Assembly (NCBI RefSeq): GCF_009914755.1
Contig: NC_060939.1
Strand: one strand, 5' to 3'
From: the human T2T-CHM13v2.0 reference genome, Homo sapiens
Length of the DNA stretch: 64,000 nt
Within the stretch, counting starts at the first letter, position 1. Each line of letters starts with the position of its first letter. This document shows, piece by piece, positions 32,821 to 53,530 of the stretch. A program made the translations under genes and the position numbers. The notes below the pieces were generated by a model, which saw only the letters and a program-made list of their open reading frames with translations, had not been told where the DNA came from and did not search any database.

Positions 32821-32949
32821 GAACCCCTTCCCCGCTCCCCCTACCAGCTAAGTTCTTAATGGCTGATGTGGGTTAATCGTGTTATGCTATTGGTTAGCCT
32901 TATTTCCCACCAAACCTTCCTTTAGGCTTAACCTAGCCCCTTGAGCTTC

Positions 32950-33665
32950 CTCCGGGGTCCTCTCCTGGGCCTGCGCTGTCCTGCTCCCTGCGTGGGCCTT
33001 GCTCCCGGGTGCACAGGTGCACTACGGCCATCCTTCAAGGCAGGATCAAATTCCTCGTGGACTTTCCCAGCGTCCAGACCCCAAGCCTGGGCTCTGGCAG
33101 CTGGCTCCTTTCTTGCAGGTCTCTTGGAATCGCTTCGCGCTTGCCGGCCTGGTTGTGGACTGAGGGCTCCTGGAGGGCAGGTCAGGGGTCCAGCCCCACC
33201 CCCCACGCCTGTGGATTCTCATCTGCGCTCGGGTCCCGCGTTGGCGGAACTGTGGAAGCTTCAGGCCACCCATCCGAGTCACGCGGACTAGGATGCCCCG
33301 CCCCAGTCTTTGGCTGGGGGTGGGAGGGTGGGGGAAGGGCCGGAGTACCGGGGGCCTCTGCGCAGTCCCCGCTCCTGTGGCCGATGTGGCTGCCGGGCGG
33401 GCAGCAGGAGAGAGTGGTCCGCGCTGACCCGCGGGCCCTTCGCTGTCCGGGCACCGCCCCAGCGGAGCCAGCGGAAAGCGCGAGTCAGAGTCGCGCGGTT
33501 TCGAGGTCAGGGTGACCCGCGAGCGTGGGCGGCGCCTGCAGACCCGCTCCAGAGACGCCCGGTGCCCGCGCCCGGGACCCTGTCCACGCGGCCTCCGCGC
33601 TGCGCCGCACCTCCCCCCGCAACCCACCCGGCGTCAGCTTCTCCAGAACCTAGATTTAAATCGGG
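32950..33665. promoter_or_regulatory. CpG island / candidate promoter or enhancer
   Basis: Non-repetitive, very GC-rich and densely CpG-containing (e.g. cgcgagtcagagtcgcgcgg, ccgcgctgcgccgc). GC box ccccgcccc at ~33296-33304. G-tract cluster at 33316-33340. Confidence 0.85.
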
Positions 33666-33780
33666 AAACTGGCTGGACACCAGGATGCAAAGAAAGTCCT
33701 TTAATTAAAAAAGAAGCACATGAATGAAAGGAAAAGCGAGGGACATTAGGGTGGGCGAGTTGGTCCCAGAAAGCCCTTAA

Positions 33781-34333
<553 letters not shown>

Positions 34334-35706
34334 CCTGTTGATGATATGTTTACATGGCTACAGGGACAGGATAGCTAGTTCACATGAATGCCACTGGCTA
34401 AATACGTCCTTGCCAGTATTGGGAGAAGGGCTGCTGCCGGCGGTGGTGAGGGTGATGATGGTAGCCACTGTTTCTATCTTGAGCGCCTAGTGTGTCCAGA
34501 GACTTTGCTGAGCGGTTTGCATACAGGGTCTCTATCCTGACTACAGCCCCGCGAGGGTATATCGATTCTTATCCTAACAACAACATTTTACATTGCTGTA
34601 TAACACATATCAGTCTAAGGCACAATCTCTCGGCCTTTGACGTCACACTTGCTTTTCCTTAATTTCTTCCTTGATGCCCTTTTGCAGTCACTATGGCTGT
34701 GTGCCAACCCACCTGGAAACTTAGTGGCTTGACAATGATAACATTTCTTTTACTCTTGAATCTCTGCAAATTGGGTGGGGTTGGCTGGCGGAACGGTTTT
34801 AAAGACCCTGCTCTGAGGAGTGTTTTTCCATGACAAAAACCAGTCTCTGTCTGGGGCCACCGAGGCTTGGAGGAAACTGACTGCCAGGACCCAGAGAGCC
34901 ACATCGTGTTTGATAATTCTGCACCCTAATGCTGGAGGGGGCGCCGATCAGGAGCCTGAGCCCCGCAAATAATAAATGACCCGATCCAAGTCATGCAAAA
35001 TTACAAAGCAGTTACATTAGGTAGGAAGAGGGGAGACTTGGGTACAAATTGGTACCATAGGCTTCTCTATGACGGTCTGATTTACAGTCATCCAGCAGAT
35101 GGAGGGAGACAGGGAGCTCAGAGAGGCTTAGCTGTCAGCAGCTGGGCTGGGATCCTAGTCTCCCCACCCTGTGCCTGCAGGGGGACCAGTCTCTTCTCAG
35201 AGCAGCCCTTAGTGTTATTTATCAAGACTAGACATTTTTTTCTCATGTAATTCACTTACAACTTTTGTTTTTGTCCTGACGTGTGTGTCTTTTAAAGCAC
35301 ATTCCTCGCATCTTATTTCTGTTTTTCTGACTTCATCTGTTGACTACTCATCACATGTCTATTCATTTCTTCTTGCTTAGTAATAAAAACAGGCTGTGGC
35401 CATGTCCCATAAGTTTTGCTGGGCAATTTTCTCATCATTCCCGTCTTATGTAAATGCAGTTTTGTTTTTCTCGGTGAGCTGACATTTCTTTAGGACAGTG
35501 GTTTTATTTCTAAGTTTCAAGGGGTTAGATGTTTAAAATTGGGGTGTGATTTACATACATGGCATTTTAAAAATTAAACTTTTAGTTATTGACTTGAAGA
35601 TTTATTACATTGAGGTTTTTAACCTTATTACCTTTTTTGCCTTTTGGTATTTATTGAGGTTTCTCTGTGGCCCAATATTTCATCGATGTGTATAAATATT
35701 GCTTGA

Positions 35707-36072
<366 letters not shown>

Positions 36073-36130
36073 TAACATAGATATGACTCATATGTCATAG
36101 CCTATAACCACAAAGTCATATGCACACTCA

Positions 36131-36578
36131 TGTTACACCCAGATTATGAAGGCCTGTTGAGACTCCCACCCTCCCTCCCTCCCGTCCCATTGCCAAGGGC
36201 ACAGTCCTCCATGGAATATGGCTTATGTCCCTACAGCAGTGGAAAGATCAAAGGTACAAACCCAGCTCGAAGCTAGACTTTCTCACCTAGACCAAGTAAG
36301 GCTTCCTTTGTTCCCTAATCTGGGCTCTAAGACTTCCTCTTCAACAGTTAGATGACCTCAGACTATGACCTCATGGCCTAGAAATTTACCAGATTGCTCA
36401 AGAAAATCTTGGTTTTGGGCCCTCAAACCGATCTCAATCCCAGGAGCTCAAACAGAGCCCAAAAGCCCCAAGAGAGAACCTTTGCCATGGTGTTTCTTCA
36501 ACCTCACCCACCCACCAGCCTGCATGTGGTCCTCAAGAAAGACTGTTTCCCTTAAAAAAAGAAAGAGTTCACATGACA
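36131..36578. mobile_element. Probable solo LTR, family not identified
   Basis: TG...CA termini (tgttaca...atgaca), ~450 bp, near-perfect 5-bp flanks actca/actga. Confidence 0.5.
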
Positions 36579-36597
36579 ACTGATGTCTCTGAACAAA

Positions 36598-36632
36598 CGT
36601 GTGTGTGTGTGTGTGTGTGTGTAGGTGTGTGT
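36598..36632. repeat. (TG)n microsatellite followed by G tracts
   Basis: Direct dinucleotide run. Confidence 0.9.
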
Positions 36633-36764
36633 CGGGGGGTCGGGGGGTGGGGGTTGACTTCATTAGCAGTGTCTATTCAATCAGCGATATTGATTACATT
36701 ATTCAAGGCCTTCATATGCCTGTGGATTTTTAATATACTGCCTCCATCAAAAAGGTGTGAGTGA

Positions 36765-37060
36765 GGCTGGGCGCAGTGGCTCAGGCCTGTAATTCCAGCA
36801 CTTTGGGAGGCCGAAGAGGGCGGGTCACGAGGTCAGGAGCTCGAGATCATCCTGGCTAACACAGTGAAACCCCATCTCCACAAAAAATACAAAAAATTAG
36901 CCGGGCATGGTGGCAGGCGCCTGTAGTCTCAGCTACTCCGGAGGCTGAGGCAGGACAATGACCTGAACCTAGGAGGCGGAGCTTGCAGTGAGCCGAGATC
37001 ACGCCACTGCACTCCAGACTGGGCAACAGAGTGAGACTCCCTCTCAAAAAAAAAAAAAAA
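36765..37060 (+). mobile_element. Alu (AluY/Sc-like)
   Basis: Full dimer. Flanking repeat aaaaag(g)tg(t/c)gagtga. Confidence 0.93.
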
Positions 37061-37638
37061 GTGCGAGTGATACAGTAAAACCTCCCCGTGCAATTGCATT
37101 TTTGTCAATTTCCCTTTGTATTTTTTAAAGTTTTCATTTAATACATTTTAGTGGAATAATATTTCCCATGTAAGAAGGATTGTGGAAGTTGTCATTTCAT
37201 GATTTAGAAAAATAAAATGACCACCTTTGCCTTATTTTCATAGTTGTTGTTTTAGATTCTATTTTCTGTGATTTTTTTTTAAATGTGACATCTGTTCTTT
37301 TCACTTACTTGTTTGCAGTAGACCTAGAACATTTTCGTTTGTTCCTTTGCTTTCATTAGCAAATCCACAGTGAGCATCTCCTATATGTATGCCACGTGGT
37401 GTCTCAGAACTGGGCTTTGCAGAGTGTCATAGAGACATGGTTCCTACCTTCGTGAATCACATTCCATGCCTCACTCTATTTTAACTGTGTCTCTTATAGC
37501 CAGCATATAGTTGGATATTATTTTTTGAGTTTAGTCAACCAATTATGTCTTAGTATAGAGGTATTTGAACTACCCACATTTGTCACTATAACTAATACTT
37601 TCGGTATTATTTTTGTTATGCTGTTTCATGCTTTCTGA

Positions 37639-38094
<456 letters not shown>

Positions 38095-38819
38095 TAAAAA
38101 TAATAAGTTTAGAAAAGATTCCTCTTCACCTGGTCTCTTATCCACTCGCTTCTTGGTTCTTAACAAAATAAACTGGCATTGACATCTAGACCACTGGCAT
38201 GGGACTAGTGCTATGATGTTATGTACTTTCAGCCTTAAGAATAATTCTAAGCATTCACATTCAGTTGTGGAACTGAATTCACAGCACCAGTATAGATTGA
38301 TCTCTTCTTTCAAGTGATTTATCTGCTCACCATCCATCTTTGACATCATATCACTCTCGTTTTTTGAACCTTTAAATAATTTCATATGTTATTCAATTGG
38401 GGTTATGTTTTCAAGAATTTTTGGTGATATAATTTCTGAGCAAGCTTTTGCATATAGTCTTTTGGCTTTTTCACATAAGATGAGATACAATTTAGTTAAC
38501 TATATAATTCTTGGGTCACAGGCACTCCTTTTTGTAAGTTTCTTAGAAAGAACTTTACTGCCTTCTGATATTTAGCATTGTGGAGAAGTCCGATTCCCAC
38601 CTTAATTTTTTTTCTTTATAAAGAAACTTTTATTTTTGCTTTCTGCTTAGATATTGGAAGGATGCTAAAAGTGAGGATGTAAAACATTATGGCCACTCTG
38701 GAAACCAGGATGGCAGGTTTTTTTAAAAAAAATTAAAGTAAGCATGCTAGAGGTTTATCAATTTTATTGTTTTGATTAACCAGCATTTTACTTCATTGAT
38801 TTTAATTTCATTGGGTTTT

Positions 38820-40095
<1,276 letters not shown>

Positions 40096-40099
40096 GACC

Positions 40100-40417
40100 T
40101 TCTTTTTTTTTTTTTTATTATACTTTAAGTTCTAGGGTACATGTGCACAAGGTGCTGGTTTGTTACATTTGTATACATGTGACTTGTTGGTGTGCTGCAC
40201 CCATTAACTTGGCATTTACATTGGGTCTATCTCCTAATGCTATCCCTCCCCCCTCCCCCCACCCCACAACAGGCCCTGGGGTGTGATGTCCCCCTTCCTG
40301 TGTCCAAGTGTTCTCATTGTTCAATTCCCACTATGAGTGAGAACATGCGGTGTCTGGTTTTTTGTGCTTGCGATAGTTTGCTGAGAATGGTGGTTTCCAG
40401 CTTCATCCACGTCCCTA
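40100..40417 (-). mobile_element. 5'-truncated primate L1PA 3' end (~320 bp)
   Basis: ttttattatactttaagttctagggtacatgtgcacaa...atgagtgagaacatgcggtg...ccagcttcatccacgtcccta. Possible short TSD accttc. Confidence 0.92.
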
Positions 40418-40424
40418 CCTTCAC

Positions 40425-43196
<2,772 letters not shown>

Positions 43197-44943
43197 GTCA
43201 TGGTGCCTAATCCTTTTTGTAGTTACTGGATTAGTTCTGCTAGTATTTTATTGATGATTTTTGCATTTATATTCATGGGAGATACTGGTCTGTAGTCAAT
43301 TTAATGGATTTATATTCCTCTACTTCTTATTTCCTTCTTCCTTGCTTTTGGTTTAATTTTGCCCCTTCCCCGGTTTCTTGAGGTAGAAACTTAGACTACT
43401 TATTGGAAACCTTTTCTCTATTATTGAAAATGTGGTATTGAAATCTGTAACTCTCATTGCTGAATTGTCTGTTTCTCCCTTCCTTTCTGTCAGTTTATGC
43501 TTCCTCCATGTTGGTGCTCCATTACTGGGTGCATAATTTTTAAATAATTGCTTTATCTTCCTGATAGATTAATCCCTTTATCACTTTTAAATATCTCTTT
43601 ATCTTGACAAACTTTTTTTGGTTTGAAAGTCTAGCTTGTCAGATGTCTGATGTTAGTATAGCCACTCCAACTTTCTTGCAATTGCTTTATGCATGGTGCA
43701 TCCTTTTTCTATCCACTTACTTCCATCCCACTGTGTCTTTGGGCCTAGTGCATCTCCTGTAGAGAATACATAGTTAGATCATGTTTTTTTAAATCCAGCC
43801 AGATAATCTTTGCCTTTTGATTGTATTATTTAATCCATCCACATTTAATGTTATAGTTAGATTTGCATCTGCTATTTTACTTTTTGGGTGCTATATGTTT
43901 TACGTCTTTTCAGTCCTCGATTCCCCTTTATGTTAAATATTTTCTAATGTACCATTTTAACTTCATTAATTTTTTTTCACAATTCTTTTAGTTATTTCCT
44001 TAGTGGCTATTCTAAGTCTTACTACATACGTCCTAAATTATTAGCATCAGTTTCATATTTATACTAGCTTAGTTCTAGTGATACATAGAAACGTTACTCT
44101 TATATAGCTCTGTTCCTTTTATCCCACTTTTGGTGATATTACTGTTATACATACTACATTATTGTTACAAACCCAGAGACTCTTTAATAATTATTACATT
44201 ATATACTTTTATGTCTTTTAAAGAAGTTTAGAGAAGAAAGAAGACTGAGTATATATTAATAGCTTCTGTTATATTAACCTTCTTCCTTATTTCTAGTTCT
44301 TCTCTTTTGTTCCTGTGGACTCAAGTTACCGTCTGTAGCCATTTCTTTAGCCGAATACAGCTTTGTTGCCACCTACCTCCTTTTTATTGTTATTGGCAAG
44401 TATATTGCACTTCTATATGTTATATGTCCAACTATACATTCTATATATGTAACTTTATATAATTGCTTTTAAAATCAGTTAAGAGAACAATGAAAAAAAC
44501 ATGCATTTTATATTGTCTTTTGCAATTATACGATGTAATTACGTAATTACCTATACCAGCACTTTTTGGGTTTTTTTTTAGGGTACATTCTAATTACCCT
44601 CTGGGGTCACTTTGTTTTAGCCTGAAGAACTTCTTTTAGTATTTCTTGTAAGTGGGGAAGTGAAGTCGGGTAGCAACAAAATCTGTCAGTTTTTGTTTAT
44701 TTGAGAGTTTATTTTACCTTCATTTATTTTTCGTTTTATTTTTTGTAGAGATGGGGTCTTGCTAAGTTGTGCAGGCTGGTCTCAAACTCCTGGCCTCAAG
44801 CCATACTTCCACCTCTGCCTCCCAAGTGCTGGGATTACAGGCATAAGTCACCATGCTCAGCTCATCTTCATGTTTGAAAGATAGTTTTGCTGGATATAGT
44901 TTTTTTTTTTCTTTTTGAGCATTTTATTTTATTTTTTATTTTT

Positions 44944-46909
<1,966 letters not shown>

Positions 46910-48276
46910 TGAGCATTTTAAATATGTGATTCCAGTGCTTTTTGGCCTTTTTTTTTTTTTTTTTTTTCTGATGAGAATGCAGCTGTGAATCTTATGGGAA
47001 TTCTTTTGTAAGGGACATGTTTTTGTTTTGCTTTGTTTTGTTTTTTTGTTTGCAGGTTTTCAAAATTGTCTACTTGATTTTGGCTTTCAGCTTTTTTTTC
47101 CTCCAGCACTTTTACTATTTGAGATATAGTACATTTTACTCTTTGTGGATGTCTGTGGTTATCCTACTTGGAGTTTGTTGAGCTTCCTGGATGTATATTG
47201 TTTTTCAATCAACTTAGAAATTTTACAGTCATTATTTATTTGAATATTTTTCCTTCTCTTCTGTCTGCTCTCCTGGTATTCTCATGATGTGTATACTAGT
47301 GTGCTTGATGGTGTCTCATATATCTCTGAAGCTCTGTTCACTTTTCATTTATTTTTCTCTCTGTTCTTTGGCTTGCATACTCTCTGATGATCTATCTTCA
47401 AGTTAATGAATTCTTTCTTCTGCCAGTTTTAATCTTCTGCCAGTTTAATCCACTAAAAACTCTAGTGAATTTTATTTCCATTATTGTACTTTCCAATTCC
47501 AGTATCTTCATTTAAAAAATAATTTCTCTCTCTTTGTTGCTATTTCCTATTTGATGTGATATTGTCATCATGCTTTACTTCTTGAATCATGGCTTTCTTT
47601 AGTTCTTTGAACATATTATAATGGCCACTTTAAAGTCTTTGTTAAATCTGACACCTATTTAGCTGCTCTTGTCACAAAAAAGTAGCTATAGGAGATGACA
47701 GCTATGTTCATCTGCTACACTATTGTAACCATTTTTCTGTGTATACATATAACATCATGTTGTAAACCTCAAATATAGACAAATAAAATTTATTTTTAAA
47801 AATCTGACATCGAGTTACTCTCACAGGAAGTTTCTCTTGCTGTTTTTTTCTGAGGTACAGATGATGCTTTCCTGTTTCTTAGCATGTTTCATTATTTTTT
47901 GCTGGGATATTTTAGATAACAGATAATATATTGTAGCAACTCTGGGTGCTTGTCCCCATTTCCCCCAGAGGGCTTGCTATTTACTTGTTTATTTTTTAGT
48001 GAAGGGCTGGATTGTTTAAGTGAAACCTACTCCCCTGGTGTTGAACATTTGCTATTGCTTCTTCAGGCAGCTTTGGCTCCACAGTCACAGTGATGGCAGT
48101 GGTTTTGGCAGTCCCTCTTTGACTGTCTCTTTCCCTGACCACACCAGCTTTAAGCTCCAGTAATTGCTGGCTGATTGTGGTGTTGTTCTCAACAATGCCC
48201 TTGAGATTCAATTGCTCTACAGACGGAGTCAATCAAATACAGGATCCTTTGAAGGAGTGGTTCTGGAGGTTGGTAC

Positions 48277-48615
48277 TGTTGGCCCTCCATATCATTGAGT
48301 TCCACAGCCATCATTTAACCAACCGCAGATAGAAAATACTGTTAGTTTGTTTTTTTTAAAGAAGAAGATGGTTGTGTCCATATTGAACTGCCTTTTTTCT
48401 TTGTCATTATTCCCTATGCAATACAGTATAACAAATATTTACCTAGCATGTATATTGCATTAGTATTTACCTTGCATAAGTAATTTAATGATTCAAAGTA
48501 TATGGGAGGATGTGTGTATTTTATATGCAAATACTAGGCCATTTTATACAAGAGACTTGAGCACTCATGGATTTTGGTATCCTTGGGGAGTCCTGGAACC
48601 AATCCTTGTGGATAT
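48277..48615. mobile_element. MER2 (TcMar-Tigger) DNA transposon relic
   Basis: tatgggaggatgtgtg...tatatgcaaatactaggccattttatacaagagacttgagca...ggattttggtatcc...gtcctggaaccaatcc. Confidence 0.82.
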
Positions 48616-50882
48616 GAACTGAATTTGATATATGTTCTGACTCCAGATGAACTCCTCAGGTTCTCTGGGAAAAATCTCCAAGCAATGGATATTGAGCTGG
48701 GGGTGGGGACAAGGGTGCACTTCTCTCCAGGTGATAGTCCCACCTCAGGAGCTAGGCACTTGATGGATGGAGGTGGGCAGTAGCTTTGGGTTTTTTCAGC
48801 TTACCTCTTCTGGTGGGGCCTCACTATTCTCAGCAGCACTGTGCCCAAGGCAGAGCCTTCATGTCACGAGTGGTGGCTGGACATCAGGGAGCCCCCACCT
48901 CTCGTCACCCTCACCTAGAACTTAACCTCAGGCAGCTGGAGGCAGGATAAGAAATGCTGACCTGCCTCTCCTGGGAAGATACTGTGGACCTCCAGCTGAG
49001 ACTCCAGGTACAGGGGAATGTGGCTGCTTCTCCTACATGCAGATGAATGCAGCTGCTTCCCACTCATACTTCTGGAACAGTTGTCCCCATCCACTGCACC
49101 TTGCTCCTCAGGCTGGAGGGTCTACAGGGCAATTGGACTCAGCACTGCTTCTGGTCCTCTCAGCTGGTCCTGGATGGGCAAAGCCTAATGGGAATCTCAG
49201 TCTTATTCAGATGCCTGAGTCTCCTCAGCCCTCCTCTGCTCCTCCTCCCTATGGTGGTGCTGACTGTGGGCATTCGTCCTGTCTTCGGGGCATGCTGGCG
49301 CTGCTCCTCTGGTGCCCCCTGGGGAGTGTGGCCGAGGTCAGAGGCCCTGTGGCTGGTGTCTGGCCAGTTTTGGTGTGGACCCCTCGCTGGGCTCTGCCCA
49401 CCTCGACTCCCCACGGCTCCAGCAACATCACTCAAACAAACTGTGTTTGCACACATGTGACTCAGTGATTTCTTCTGTAGGATTTTATTCTGCAAATGTG
49501 CTCATGATTGAGTAAAGACAATGACAAATGTGTTCACTGAAGCAGTGTTTGTGACAAAAGTCAGGAAACACCCAATGCCCACCAAACAGGATGACTTAAG
49601 TATCATCCATTCACACAATGGCATGTGTCTTTCCAGAAAGCAGGATTCTGTGATCAAGATATTTGGACATGTGCACAGCATGCTCCCACATGTACAAAGC
49701 ACTCACACAAATATCCTCACGCATGCGCATATGGCCTTGGGTGTCTGGAGGGACACGTGGCACATTGCAGGCTGTGGCTCCTCGGGAATGGGTGTCCAAA
49801 CCCCAGTTCTCTGCATCACTCTCTTTTAACTAAATCAGCATTTCATCCCTTTTAAGCCTGCTTTCACCGTCCTTCTACTATATGTGTTTAAAACCCATTC
49901 ATGACTTTATAAAAACATCTCTTTGGGAAAAAGTGAGCCTGGGAAGGAAGTGTGGATTAGGAGTTTTGTTTTTTCCTTAAGATGATCTATTTTCTCCCTG
50001 GTGTTTGCAAGTTATTTTCATGAGCCATTTGGGAATGTCCTTTTTATTTACTGTGGATTCCAGACAAACCCAGACTCTTGTACTGCACAGCACAGCCCGA
50101 AGCAGCCTTGGCCCAAGAAGCCGTCTGGGCTGGAGCTAAGAGTGTGACTCAGCTGGGACCTATTTTTCCCAACCTGCCCTGCCTGCCGCAGGGGCACAGG
50201 CAGCTGTAAGTAGAGGTGGAGGTGCCCCAAGACAAAAGGGAGCCCCCCACAGGGTGCCTTCTGGTTACAGAAGGGGTCCGCCAGGATCTCTGCCTGCAGC
50301 TGTGCGACACCTGGACTGGCCATTTTCTCCCCCTTAGCTTTTGTGGGCAGAGATTCCAGGTGCAACTGCGGAGGAAGAAAACCAATGGCCTCTTCATGCA
50401 AAGCTGCGTCCCACGAGGTGGCCTGGTGAACCATGCAGAGCAGGCCTAGCCGGCTTTAGGACCCTGCAGGCTGGGGTGAAGGGAGTGCGGAGATTTTCTA
50501 GGTTAGGGGCCTCAGGGCAGGTCTAGTCCCATTTTGTCAAAGTCCCTCTGATGGCAGCACAGATGAGTGGTGTCACTGACTTTGAAGGGATGGACCTGAG
50601 TTGAAGCATATGACAAAATGAGCTCCAGCTAGACCTGGGGCAACCCTGGGGGTCTCCCCCAACTCAGGCTGAAGGGAAGCAGAGATATGCTGCAGCCTCT
50701 GCCTTTCTTTCCTGGATTTCTCCTTTCTCCAGGGATCCTGTTTCCTTTGATTGGAAAATGGTATAGAGCCCAAGACCTGGGCGCTGGGTGTTCTCCTGGC
50801 CACTGGAGAGTTGTTGCTCTAGCCTCTCTTAGTGGACAGAGCTAGGACACATATGTATGTGTACTCACCCATTTGTATATCA

Positions 50883-51237
50883 TGTTAGTCTATTTGCATT
50901 GCCATAAAAGAATACCTGAGGCTGGATAATTTATAAAGAAAAAAGTTCATTTGGCTCATGGTTCTGCAGGCTGTGCAAGAAGCATGGAGCCAGCATCTGT
51001 TTCTGGTGAGGATGTCAAGAAGCTTTCAGTCATGGTGGAAGGAAAAGTGGGAGCTGGTGCGTCACATGCCACAGAGGGAGCAAGAGAGAGGGGAGGGGTG
51101 TCAGGCTCTTTTCAACAACCACCTCTCGTGTGGACTGACAGCACGAAGTCACTTATTACTGTGAGGAGTCACCAAGCCATTCATGGGAGATCTGCCAACA
51201 TTGGGGATCACATTGGGATCACATCCAAACCATATCA
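50883..51237 (-). mobile_element. MSTA-like LTR, internally deleted
   Basis: ttgcattgccataaaagaatacctgaggctgg...ggctcatggttctgcaggctgt...catccaaaccatatca. Confidence 0.88.
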
Positions 51238-52460
51238 TATCCTGTGCCTTTAGTGATTTCTCTCTGTCCCTCTTTGTCCACTGAACTAAGCCTGGATTCA
51301 CACTGATATCTCAGACTCAAGGCCAGCCCTACAGGACTCATTCCCGCCCCCACTGTTGATCCATAACCCCCCTTCCACACTCGCCACACTGAGACACTGG
51401 CTCTAACCACCCAGCATGCCTTCACTTGTTTGTTCAAGCCCAGTGTACCTGTGTGGAAGCTTCGGAATCATTAGCCTGCTCTCACTTGACATGCATGTGC
51501 TGAGTAGAGCATCGCTCCCTTTGTCTGCAGGTGTTTCCAGTAAGAACACCGCTTTCCCAACTTACTTAGGCCAGCTCCTCCTCCCACCCCCTCACGGAGG
51601 TCATGTTTGTAATTCAGTGAGTGTCTTGTCACAGTCTGTGTTCCATCCTGGGATTCCCCAACCTACTGGTTGAGGTTTTGTAATTTGCATGCACTAAAAA
51701 TGAACTCTTTGTAATGTGTACAGTTCTATGGGTTTTGACAAACACAGAGATACTTGTAGCTAGCACTCCAGTAGCAGACAGAGTAGCTCCATTACCCTAA
51801 AAATTGTCCTGTGCATCCCCTTTATAATAGCCATCTCCTGATCCTCTGAATCTCATAACCCCTGATGTGTTTTCCATCCTTATAGTTTCATCTTTTGCAG
51901 AATGTCATATGAATGGAATCATATGATATATAGCGTTTTGGGTCTGGCTTCTTTCATTTATGCTATTTCATTTAAAAAAAACAGTTTCAGTTTCAGCAGA
52001 ATTTTTAATTATGTGTTTTATCTTTTTGAAAGTAGTAAGCATAGCTAGTTAAAAATCTCCATGTGATATCCTCACTACTTGGGGCTTGTATGGGTCAATT
52101 TCTATTGCCTATTGTTTCTACTAGTTTTCGTTTGTGTTGATTTGTCTTCTTGAATTCTTGGTTCTCTTTCATTTTGAGTTGGATATTAACTATGCAAAAC
52201 TTTATAAAAATACTTTGAAGCATAGGATAATGATATTATTGTTATTATTATTATTGTTATTTTTACAGAGACTTGCTTCTGGCAGGTTCATAGCATAAAC
52301 ATTCTCTTTAATCCAGCTCAGAAATTGAGGTCTCCTGAGCCACACTGATGACTGAAGCCAGGCTGTAGCCCTCATGAGGGTTAATTTTCTTGTTTTCTCA
52401 GAGAAGGCAATCTTTTGGTATCCCCATGCAAAGGGTGACACCCACCCCAACTAGTCTTTC

Positions 52461-53085
52461 TTTTTTTTTTTTTTGTTGAGACGGAGTCTTGCTCTGTCGC
52501 CCAGACTGGAGTGCAGTGGCGCGATCTTGGCTCACTGCAAGCTCCGCCTCCCGTATTCACGCCATTCTCCTGCCTCAGTCTCCTGAGTAGCTGGGACTAC
52601 AGGCGCCCGCCACCAGCTGGGACTACAGGCGCCCGCCACCACGCTCAGCTAATTTTTTTTTGTATTTTAATAGAGACGGGGTTTCACCGTGTTAGCCAGG
52701 ATGGTCTCCATCTCCTGACCTTGTGATCCACCCGCCTCAGGCTCCCAAAGTGCTGGGATTACAGGCATGAGCCACCACACCCAGCCTCTTTTTTTTTTTT
52801 TTTTTCTTAAAGATGGAGTCATGCTCTGTCGCCCAGGCTGGAGTGCAGTGGTGCGATCTTGGCTCAGTGCAACCTCCGCCTCCCGGGTTCAAGTGATTCT
52901 CCTGTCTCCTGAACAGCTGGGACTACAGGCACCCACCACCATGCCTGGCTAATTTTTATATTTTTAGTAGGGATGGGGTTTCACCATATTGGCCGGGCTG
53001 GTCTCGAACTCTTGACCTCAAGTTATCTGCCTGTGTTGGCCTCCCAAAGTGCTGGAATTACAGGCGTGAGTCACTGAGCCTGGCC
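52461..53085 (-). mobile_element. Tandem Alu pair: AluY (52461-52786) in the tail of an AluS (52788-53085)
   Basis: A single outer TSD ccaactagt(c/g)tttct at ~52447-52461 and 53086-53100. Confidence 0.92.
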
Positions 53086-53530
53086 CCAACTAGTGTTTCT
53101 ATTCTTGGTGGGCCCTGAATTCTGCTTTTTGTCCCCTTAACCCTACAAAAGATCTTCATGTTTCTTTGTCACTCTTCCAGCATCAGCAGTCACCTCTAGA
53201 CTTTAAATAGTCCTAAACAAGGTCATTCTTTATAACCTCATTAATCTCATATCTTTAGCAGATGTTTCTCATATTTTGAGCATTTTTTTTAAGTTGTTGG
53301 CTGGATTGATGGGTGGACAGATTAGCTGGGTTGATTCAGATGAGTTTATTCATCCCTCCTGGCAGTGGAGATCCCTGTTTCTCTCTCGGGCAAGCCCTTC
53401 CACCAGATCATTGGCCCCTGAGCTCATTCTCCACTGCAGGCTTGGGATGTGGACTTGTTCTTCACTCTGGGGCACTGAGACCCATTTCTGAGCGAGATCC
53501 TTGAACTGAATCTGAGGAACGTTCTTGAGG

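Noticed and set aside
33009-33708. Several 130-190 aa ORFs in the CpG island
   Set aside because: Stop-poor GC-rich DNA opens frames on both strands; no recognisable domain and mostly non-ATG starts.
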